Source: Carpediemonas membranifera BICM | Lineage: Eukaryota; Protista; Fornicata | Assembly: GCA_019828565.1 (NCBI GenBank) | Contig: JAHDYR010000005.1 | Span: forward strand, 1,107,270 to 1,171,269 | DNA length: 64,000 bases | Direction: 5' to 3' | In this document: positions 1-8,323 of the stretch, piece by piece | How positions within the stretch are numbered: position 1 is the first letter of the stretch | Layout of the letters: every line of letters begins with the position of its first letter | The notes under the pieces: model-generated | Database searches by the model: none | What the model saw: the letters and a program-made list of their open reading frames with translations, nothing else | Told to the model about the DNA's origin: nothing | Made by a program: the position numbers and the translations under genes

Positions 1-220
1 CCTTGCTGGGGTCAGCCAGGATTGACTTGATTTCTCCGTGTAGGGCGCGCAGGTGTTGGAATTCTTTGAGCACTGCTGGGATTTTGGTGGGTTTGCGTAC
101 ATCCTCAGCATTCGTGCGGACATCGTCAAGATTCTCGCTCAGTGATGCTATTGTAGCAGCCTGTGACCGCACCAGGGCCTCCAGGCTCTCCAGTGTCACG
201 GGGGGCTGTGCGTCGCCCAT
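1..220 (-). CDS. N-terminus of an ORF running off the window, possibly gag-like (MGDAQPPVTLESLEALVRSQAATIASLSENLDD...)
   Basis: My translation: open from ATG at 220 to the window edge. Heptad-like N-terminus resembles the DIRS gag start at 4380. Confidence 0.4.
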   Translation of the reverse strand, partial: MGDAQPPVTLESLEALVRSQAATIASLSENLDDVRTNAEDVRKPTKIPAVLKEFQHLRALHGEIKSILADPSK

Positions 221-414
221 CTTCTCGGAACTACCGGGGAATGGGGTTTTAACCCCTTGGTAAAATTGGTCTGAACTGGACCGTAGATTTGATTCGAATA
301 TTTGGTCAATATTCGATCTCTCTCGAATATTTGTACCAGATGGCCGGTAGTCCATCTGGGCCTGTACCACGCCCCGAGGCGTACTTACGCATCGCGTCTA
401 CGACGGTATGCACC

Positions 415-487
415 GCTCCTTTAGCTCAGTTGGTAGAGCGTGTGATTAGTAATCACAAGGTCCTCGGTTCGAATCCGGGAGGGAGCA
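415..487 (+). tRNA. tRNA-Thr (anticodon AGT)
   Basis: 73-nt cloverleaf: acceptor GCTCCTT/AGGGAGC, D-arm, anticodon arm TGTGA-TTAGTAA-TCACA (AGT at 448-450), T-loop TTCGAAT, discriminator A487, no encoded CCA, T4 at 491-494. Confidence 0.96.
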
Positions 488-521
488 AACTTTTATGTAA
501 TCAACGACAAACTGTCTAGCG

Positions 522-869
522 AGCTAGCTGTCCTAGCCTCTAGACATACTTGCTCTACCCAACGGGGGGGGCGATCGTTTATTAAAGAAGAGAGCTAGTG
601 TAAACGATCAGGGGACTCCGGCCAGCTTACCTACTGGGCGGATATACCGGTCTTGACCAGTATCGTGCCGTCGGATCTGGATGTTCCGAATTTTCTACCA
701 TTCTGCCCGCATAAACTGCGCGGCTCGCCTGGTCGGCGCATCACCATGCCGGAGCGAGGCGATCTCATTGCCCTCCGCTCACGGCCCGTTACCCGAGGTA
801 ACCTGTCAGCGCGATGTAACGCCAGCTAGCTGTCCTAGCCTCTAGACATACTTGCTCTACCCAACGGGG
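522..869 (-). repeat. 3' split-repeat module B1-A2-spacer-B2 of the DIRS/PAT element
   Basis: Exact repeats as above. The spacer has a minus-strand AATAAA (578-583) overlapping the left arm of a GATCGTTTA...TAAACGATC inverted repeat (573-609). Confidence 0.85.
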
Positions 870-1046
870 ATATCCCACCGGCAACGAGCATAGTGGAATG
901 GCTTGCAGGCACGCTTGCGAGCCCAAACCGACCGTCTCCTCGAGAGACCGCGTCAAAGAATGTCTGTTGTGGCTTACATCTGCCGTTGTAACGCGTGTCA
1001 GCCCCACCCTACCTAGCTCTCCCAGCCACTAGCTCCCGTCAGAGAT

Positions 1047-2290
1047 TTAAAGTGGTGGTTGGAGAAGGATGGAGGCCAGGTGTCCCTGGACCCCCGGGTG
1101 TGTGCGGACCCCGTTGCCCATATATCTCAGCATGCTTTTCGTGGAGGCCCACGTCCCCATGGACAGGAGGACTTCGGTACTCGTGTGGGCTACCGCCAAC
1201 TCCGTGGTGGCGCCCTTGCGGAATGAGTGCCACGAAATGTCGGTGCCGTACGCCTGGTGGATCCAGTGGCGGAGGGTTGACGCCGGTAGCGGCTTCGATA
1301 GTGAAATACCACCGGTTGAGGTGATCGCCCGCCAGATGAGGTCGTCGTCGCGGCGCGTTGCCGTGGGGACCCATGCCTTCAGGGCCCTTGCTGGGTTAAA
1401 GCGGGCCCACGATTGGTTTGGTACCAGCTTGCGGACGCCTGTGGCAGTCTTAGTTCTCGCGAACAGAAGGAGGGCATTGCCATCAGCGTCGAACTCGACG
1501 TCTCTTCGTCTGAGCCCAAAGATCTCTGCGCCTCTACTCACGGTGATAAAGCAGAGAGCAGAAAAGAGGGCGGCCTGGAAGGCTTGGGGTGACTTCCGAC
1601 GTCTGTCTATGACCCTGCGGACTCTCGCGGACGTGACAGGCTTCGCACCCCCGGTCAGGCCTTCTACAGAGGCGACGTTCCGGGCGGCGGCGATTATCTG
1701 CTTGGCAGCGATCGGGGGGCGCCAGTCAGACACGAGTGGGGCGGCCTCGCAAATCCAGTAGCCTTTCCTGTGTATCGACTGTGGGCCCGACGTGGTACCC
1801 TCGGTCAGAAGGAACTCTTTGAGCTGTTGCGCGTGTGAGTGGCTCGCGTTGCGGGATTGGAGGAATTTGGCGACCCAGCCCGCTGCTGTGCGGCGCGACG
1901 ATTCGTTTCTGAAATGTGATAGTCGGTCGTCAGCGAGGAGGGCTTGGAACGGGTTTTCAGGATAAGCGCCACGAAGCGGATCTTGCCCTTGTCTGTCGCT
2001 GTCCAGGCTAGCTCGGACTGCAGGAGGTGTTTCGCCTGGACTCTGAGGTACAACTTGAGGGGTGTCAAACGTTTGATGGCTCGGACCTCGGGCGAGTTGA
2101 GGTCCGGGCACAGGACTATCGCCGCTGATCTCCAGTGTCGAGGGTTCCCAGTCTGGGTCGAGGCGCGTATTGTCTGGAGGCGACGACACGTCACTCCAAG
2201 AAGGGCTATAGGAGGAGCTATATAAATCCTGACTCCCCTCCAGTCCATCTGGAAGCCGTTGTCGTGGATTGACCAGGCTATTTCTGCAAA
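1047..2290 (-). CDS. Tyrosine recombinase (start uncertain; overlaps the MT region in another frame)
   Basis: Catalytic set: VSRGAE (R), RTKT (K), HSFRKG (HxxR), GTW, LRY. Confidence 0.9.
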
Positions 2291-3822
2291 GCCTGGTAAG
2301 GCCAGAACCTTGTCGGGGCGTGCTGTGACGTCGATCTCGACCGGCCCCCCACTTGCGCATGATGGTTTCCAAGACTTCTCGGGGTGACGACCAGTCGAGC
2401 TTGGCGAACCTGGAGAGCCTGTCCGCCTGGACATTCAGGTGTCCGGCAATATGGAAGCAGTGGACGTCGAGGCGCTTGGTTTCTGCCGTGTTGTAGATGT
2501 CCTGTAGGATCTGGTGTGCGGCTGGGGGAGGTTCGGCGATCCCCGTCTGTTTACCCAGCTGATGGCAGCTGAGTTGTCGGCAAAGACTGTGAGAGAGGAG
2601 CGTGACTCCTGCTGGGGCACGAGATTGATCGCCTGAGCGATCGCGAAGAGCTCCTTGACGCCAATGTGTTCCCCCTTGAGATGAGGGGGGAAGGCACCCT
2701 GTGATGCCGCTCCCTTCTCCCCATTGAACAGGCATGCTCCCCAGCCGGACGTTGATGCGTCTGAGGTGACAGAAATCTGGAGCGTATCGCGTATTTCCCA
2801 GTCCGCTCTTGCTTCGGCGAACCTCTTGGGTGGGCGATCGCGGAGGAGGACTTGCCACGCCGCCAGCTGCCTGCGGATTTGGCTGGAGAGGTGGACGGTC
2901 TCCGTCGTAGGGGTGGCCTGCAGTGGTCTGAGTGCGAGGCGGGCGAACTGTGTGGTCCCTGCGAAGAATGACAGACGGCCTAGGAGCTTCTGCCAGTCTG
3001 AAGCTGTGATGGACCCGACCCGGAGGGCCTTGGAGATCGTGGCCGTGTAGGCCTCGGCCTTGTCTTTTGAGATTCTTAGGGACTCGCTTGCGGTGTCTAT
3101 GTGGACACCTAGGTAGTCTACCTGCTGGGTCGGCGTGAGGACGCACTTGTTGAGGCCCGGTATCGCCCCCAGCGATAGCATGAGGTCGATGATCTGCGGG
3201 GTGACCGAAGCTAGGTACGATGGGGAGGCATGGGACACTAAGAAGTCGTCGAGATAGACCGCGATGGTCACCCCGAACCTGTGTGCGATGATCTTTGCAA
3301 GCTGTATGGTCGTGCTCTGGAACACGTACGGCGCCGCTGTCCATCCGAAGCCGAGTGTGTTGTACCTGAATGCGCGGCCGTCCGGTAGGACCACGCCTAG
3401 GAGGGGGAGTCTCGCGAGGCGACGCCAAGTTGGTGGTATCCCGATGCTAGGTCTATCTTGATCATGTAGTCGTTCTTGTGCAGATTGCGGACCGCCCGTC
3501 TGATGCCGAACAGACGAAACACCCTCAGCTCTGCTGTCAACTCGTTCAGGGCTCGGAGGTCGTGCACGGGGCGGACATCGTCTTTGCCCTTCGACACCGC
3601 GAACAGGGGTGCGCTGTGACGCAGTTCGTCTATCGGGCACGGGGAGAGGACGCCCTTGGCGACTAGCTCTTCGATCTTCGGGAGTAGGCGGGGGTCCACT
3701 CGCCTTTGCGGTTCTGGTGGAGGGGGCGCAGAGGTGAGGTGGATAGGGACGCCATCCCGCAGCCAGCTTACTACCTCGGGGGAGGCACCGAGTCTTGCCC
3801 ACACCGGCCACTTTTTGTTCAT
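1805..3822 (-). CDS. DIRS pol: reverse transcriptase + RNase H + Dam-like methyltransferase domain (frameshifted)
   Basis: RPVHDLR, KIDLASGYHQ, LGFGW, YLDD, DYLG; RNase H TSDASTSGWG, KELFA, ADNSAA, NVQADRLSR; MT-like EIDV...DW...IYIAPP. Confidence 0.88.
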
Positions 3823-4380
3823 TGACGGGAACTGAACATCTGTGGCAAGGGCTACTTCTTGTGCTTCTTGTGAAACCCCCCCTTTGTTCTGGGGCTGGTC
3901 CTTTCTCTTACCCTTGGCTCTGGCTTTGGCTGCGCAGTAGGAGATGGCACGGGGGGTTTTGGTCTGGGACGTGTTGAACAAGTCGAGAAACAGTTCGCAG
4001 GTTGCGTCCGACCAGTTGTCGTCCTTGAGGTCCAGAAGGGTACGGCGTGCTTGGAGTTCCACCAGGAGTCTTGCTTTGAGCGGCTCGTCGTCGAGGGCGT
4101 TGACGATCACCATCACGCGGCGAAGCCACTTTGCTTCCGCCTTAAGTGGTCTCTTTGTCGGAAGCTCGCCGTATGCATCCATCTCTGCCAGTGTTTGGTC
4201 AATATCCGCTTCATCTTGTTCAGGGAAGAAATCAATTTGAGATTCCTTCGGCGGCTCGGTCTCGGGCGGCGGAGGAGGCGGATTAAGCTTTGCAAGCTGT
4301 TGCGAGATGGTAGCGATTGAGGCTTCTAGGTTATTGAGCCTCGTTGCCGTCGGATCTGGATGTTCCGAATTTTCTACCAT
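3823..4380 (-). CDS. gag-like ORF1 of the DIRS/PAT element
   Basis: First ORF after repeat A1; coiled-coil-like start, Pro-rich linker, basic C-terminus; reads in frame into pol in this assembly. Confidence 0.65.
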
Positions 4381-6399
4381 TCTGCCCGCATAAACTGCGC
4401 GGCTCGCCTGGTCGGCGCATCACCATGCCGGAGCGAGGCGATCTCATTGCCCTCCGCTCACGGCCCGTTACCCGAGGTAACCTGTCAGCGCGATGTAACG
4501 CCAGCTAGCTGTCCTAGCCTCTAGACATACTTGCTCTACCCAACGGGGATATCCCACCGGCAACGAGCATAGTGGAATGGCTTGCAGGCACGCTTGCGAG
4601 CCCAAACCGACCGTCTCCTCGAGAGACCGCGTCAAAGAATGTCTGTTGTGGCTTACATCTGCCGTTGTAACGCGTGTCAGCCCCACCCTACCTAGCTCTC
4701 CCAGCCACTAGCTCCCGTCAGAGATTTAAAGTGGTGGTTGGAGAAGGATGGAGGCCAGGTGTCCCTGGACCCCCGGGTGTGTGCGGACCCCGTTGCCCAT
4801 ATATCTCAGCATGCTTTTCGTGGAGGCCCACGTCCCCATGGACAGGAGGACTTCGGTACTCGTGTGGGCTACCGCCAACTCCGTGGTGGCGCCCTTGCGG
4901 AATGAGTGCCACGAAATGTCGGTGCCGTACGCCTGGTGGATCCAGTGGCGGAGGGTTGACGCCGGTAGCGGCTTCGATAGTGAAATACCACCGGTTGAGG
5001 TGATCGCCCGCCAGATGAGGTCGTCGTCGCGGCGCGTTGCCGTGGGGACCCATGCCTTCAGGGCCCTTGCTGGGTTAAAGCGGGCCCACGATTGGTTTGG
5101 TACCAGCTTGCGGACGCCTGTGGCAGTCTTAGTTCTCGCGAACAGAAGGAGGGCATTGCCATCAGCGTCGAACTCGACGTCTCTTCGTCTGAGCCCAAAG
5201 ATCTCTGCGCCTCTACTCACGGTGATAAAGCAGAGAGCAGAAAAGAGGGCGGCCTGGAAGGCTTGGGGTGACTTCCGACGTCTGTCTATGACCCTGCGGA
5301 CTCTCGCGGACGTGACAGGCTTCGCACCCCCGGTCAGGCCTTCTACAGAGGCGACGTTCCGGGCGGCGGCGATTATCTGCTTGGCAGCGATCGGGGGGCG
5401 CCAGTCAGACACGAGTGGGGCGGCCTCGCAAATCCAGTAGCCTTTCCTGTGTATCGACTGTGGGCCCGACGTGGTACCCTCGGTCAGAAGGAACTCTTTG
5501 AGCTGTTGCGCGTGTGAGTGGCTCGCGTTGCGGGATTGGAGGAATTTGGCGACCCAGCCCGCTGCTGTGCGGCGCGACGATTCGTTTCTGAAATGTGATA
5601 GTCGGTCGTCAGCGAGGAGGGCTTGGAACGGGTTTTCAGGATAAGCGCCACGAAGCGGATCTTGCCCTTGTCTGTCGCTGTCCAGGCTAGCTCGGACTGC
5701 AGGAGGTGTTTCGCCTGGACTCTGAGGTACAACTTGAGGGGTGTCAAACGTTTGATGGCTCGGACCTCGGGCGAGTTGAGGTCCGGGCACAGGACTATCG
5801 CCGCTGATCTCCAGTGTCGAGGGTTCCCAGTCTGGGTCGAGGCGCGTATTGTCTGGAGGCGACGACACGTCACTCCAAGAAGGGCTATAGGAGGAGCTAT
5901 ATAAATCCTGACTCCCCTCCAGTCCATCTGGAAGCCGTTGTCGTGGATTGACCAGGCTATTTCTGCAAAAGCCTGGTAAGGCCAGAACCTTGTCGGGGCG
6001 TGCTGTGACGTCGATCTCGACCGGCCCCCACTTGCGCATGATGGTTTCCAAGACTTCTCGGGGTGACGACCAGTCGAGCTTGGCGAACCTGGAGAGCCTG
6101 TCCGCCTGGACATTCAGGTGTCCGGCAATATGGAAGCAGTGGACGTCGAGGCGCTTGGTTTCTGCCGTGTTGTAGATGTCCTGTAGGATCTGGTGTGCGG
6201 CTGGGGGGAGGTTCGGCGATCCCCGTCTGTTTACCCAGCTGATGGCAGCTGAGTTGTCGGCAAAGACTGTGAGAGAGGAGCGTGACTCCTGCTGGGGCAC
6301 GAGATTGATCGCCTGAGCGATCGCGAAGAGCTCCTTGACGCCAATGTGTTCCCCCTTGAGATGAGGGGGGAAGGCACCCTGTGATGCCGCTCCCTTCTC
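4345..6399 (-). mobile_element. Second, 5'-truncated DIRS/PAT copy sharing repeat A with copy 1
   Basis: Near-identical to 666-2719 at offset ~3679; ends inside RNase H, joined to CRE-A sequence at 6399. Confidence 0.88.
4726..5970 (-). CDS. Tyrosine recombinase, copy 2 (start uncertain)
   Basis: Translation identical to copy 1. Confidence 0.88.
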   Translation of the reverse strand, partial: FCRNSLVNPRQRLPDGLEGSQDLYSSSYSPSWSDVSSPPDNTRLDPDWEPSTLEISGDSPVPGPQLARGPSHQTFDTPQVVPQSPGETPPAVRASLDSDRQGQDPLRGAYPENPFQALLADDRLSHFRNESSRRTAAGWVAKFLQSRNASHSHAQQLKEFLLTEGTTSGPQSIHRKGYWICEAAPLVSDWRPPIAAKQIIAAARNVASVEGLTGGAKPVTSARVRRVIDRRRKSPQAFQAALFSALCFITVSRGAEIFGLRRRDVEFDADGNALLLFARTKTATGVRKLVPNQSWARFNPARALKAWVPTATRRDDDLIWRAITSTGGISLSKPLPASTLRHWIHQAYGTDISWHSFRKGATTELAVAHTSTEVLLSMGTWASTKSMLRYMGNGVRTHPGVQGHLASILLQPPL

Positions 6400-7921
6400 A
6401 TGAGAGCAGGCATGTAAGCGCGTACCACGTCGAACATGAACGCCCTAGATAGGCATCCATAAGCGTTCGATAAGTCGAGGGAGACAACAGTCCCTCCCTC
6501 CTCGTAGACCCTGGTCACGCTGTCACTCAGCCTCTCCAGGCCGCACTTCTCCCCCACCCCATACTGATCCTTGAGGGTCCGGTCGACGTCGACCAGGCGG
6601 GCCCTCACAGCCCAGGCGAGAGCCTTCGCCGCAACCCGCCGAAGCGAGTCCCCGATGGCCACTCCTCGGATCTTCCCGGCCCCCTTGGGGACCGGGACAA
6701 TGATGCAGTGGCTCAATACCGCGGTGTAGGTCTCGCCGTTCAGGATGTCCTGTACGATCGGCATCAATGCGGCGATGAGGTCATGTCTGGCCACCTTCGC
6801 TGCTATTCTGATATGGAGGAAGGACAAGCCCGACGGCCCTGGGGCCGCCTCGGCCTTTAGAGCGTGTAGTACAGTCTTGAGGGTCCTAGCGGACACCTCA
6901 ACTGACTGCAGTGGCTCTGCGGGGACGTCCTTAAACGGAACATCTGGGCGCAGGCCACTGTAATCCTCCTGCAGTCTCTTCAGCTCTACATCCACCTCCT
7001 GTGGTGACAGGCCCGCATCCTCAGCTACCAGCGCAGTGGCTGCCTTGGACACGAACCCGTGGCGAACCAGTCGCATCACCTTACGCCACTTGGACGGGCG
7101 GCGCTTGGGGCCTTTCGATGCAACCGGCGGTGCGTACAGCGCCTTCGGGTACTCGAGTACCGTCCTCAGGGCCGCGCGCTTCTCGTCCTCGCTCTCCACG
7201 AGGGCCACCCGCTTGAGCTTCTCGATCAGGCCTCTGGCGAATTTCTCGCGTCCCCTCTTGGGGGGAGCGATCTTGCCAAGGAAGAGAGCCTGTCCCGGTG
7301 GTAGGAACACGTCGGGTCGATGGGCTGGGTGAGCGGGAGGGGCAGTCGGGGGGCTTGCGGTGAAGCCCACCGCGGTGACGTGCGCTGCTGCGCTCGGCTG
7401 CGATGACAGCTGGCTACCAGGGGCGTGGACCTCTTCGACAGATGGAAGGAGACTGGCAGGGTCGTTGTTGCCCATCACGTTTCTCCTGATCTCTCGGAAG
7501 AATTCGGCCGCCACCGACGGAGCTGTTTTGGCAGAACGCAGCGGTGTTGCTTTGGGAGTACTGCTAAGAGTAACACCCGCCGCGTCTAAGAGCCGCTTGA
7601 AGGAATCTACGATGTCCTTCAGTGCTCTCACCGTCAAACGCACAATCTTCTTGTTGTTCACGTCCTTCATCAGCTCGACGATGGCCGCTTCGGAGCACAG
7701 CGTATCAAACACTGTCTCTACATTGCACCAACGTGCGTCAATGAACTCAGCATTGACGAATTTCGCGTAGTCGGTACGAACAGTCTGCAGCAGAAGCTGT
7801 ACGTCCCGAGCAAGCGCGTTTTCGCGCCAATCGGACGTTATGGAAACTCTCATCGCCATCTGGCCTCCAGGATCAGCCTGGGGCGCAGAAAATGACGACA
7901 TTTCCATTTCGGGAGGGAGCA

Positions 7922-8311
7922 CAGTTTATTGCCTTTTGGACGAACTGTATTGCGAGCGGCGAGGCGCAGCCGAGCTTCGCGAGCCTGAGCGCAGCGAAGA
8001 CGTCACTCTAGTGGTCAGTATGTCGGGTTTGAGGCACTGCTCGCTCCGAAATCTCCCTTTCGACTCTCCACTCAGTCACAACGAACGCGAACGCGAATAA
8101 CGCGCAGATCACGCTCAAAGTACAGAAACAACATCAGTATTAGTGGTTGAGGCCATTAGCCTCAGCTTGACGGTGCGCAGCATCCGCCTGGCGCATGAAC
8201 GCATGGAACACATGAACTTGCTTTCGCGCCATACGAGTCTCGTACGTCGTCGAGTCACCATCTGGCCTCCAGGATCAGCCTGGGGCACAGAAAATGACGA
8301 CATTTCCATTT
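7922..8311 (-). mobile_element. mini-B, 390-bp internally deleted non-autonomous derivative of family B (copy 1)
   Basis: B 3' end joined to B 5' end at GCT microhomology (~8220); flanked by the 12-mer. Confidence 0.9.
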
Positions 8312-8323
8312 CGGGAGGGAGCA

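Larger units (their letters stand above)
522..4502 (-). mobile_element. PAT/DIRS-type tyrosine-recombinase retrotransposon with split direct repeats (A1-gag-pol-YR-B1-A2-B2)
   Basis: A repeats 4345-4502 and 666-823 (158 bp); B repeats 824-869 and 522-567 (46 bp); gag, RT/RNase H/MT and YR ORFs. Confidence 0.9.
488..7909 (-). mobile_element. CRE-like family A copy 1, interrupted by the DIRS/PAT element and partly deleted
   Basis: 488-524 is the family A 3' terminus; 6400-7909 is the family A 5' half (to RT motif LDLSNAYG). Confidence 0.85.

Noticed and set aside
1047-2290. Prophage integrase or bacterial integrative element at a tRNA
   Set aside because: The YR is linked to gag/RT/RNase H with split direct repeats, and tRNA-Thr(AGT) without CCA plus LINEs indicates a eukaryote.
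7910-7921. LTR-type primer-binding site complementary to tRNA-Thr
   Set aside because: No TGG for the CCA end, no LTRs, and the protein is non-LTR with RLE. The first copy is the tRNA gene itself, which fits a TSD.
7856-7921. Hammerhead or HDV ribozyme at the element 5' end
   Set aside because: CUGAU is followed by CC, not GA, and I could not build the HDV nested pseudoknot by eye. Kept only as an unnamed structure.
7856-7921. Spliced-leader RNA or snRNA gene as the target
   Set aside because: No Sm site or splice-donor pattern recognised, and the array's anchoring end shares only the 12-mer, with a tRNA.
6231-7922. Functional CRE-DIRS fusion protein (also chimeric N-termini of ORFs 11573-13468 and 51214-53262)
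   Set aside because: Produced by deletion or insertion junctions; the first lacks YQDD and the added residues are out-of-frame or antisense sequence.
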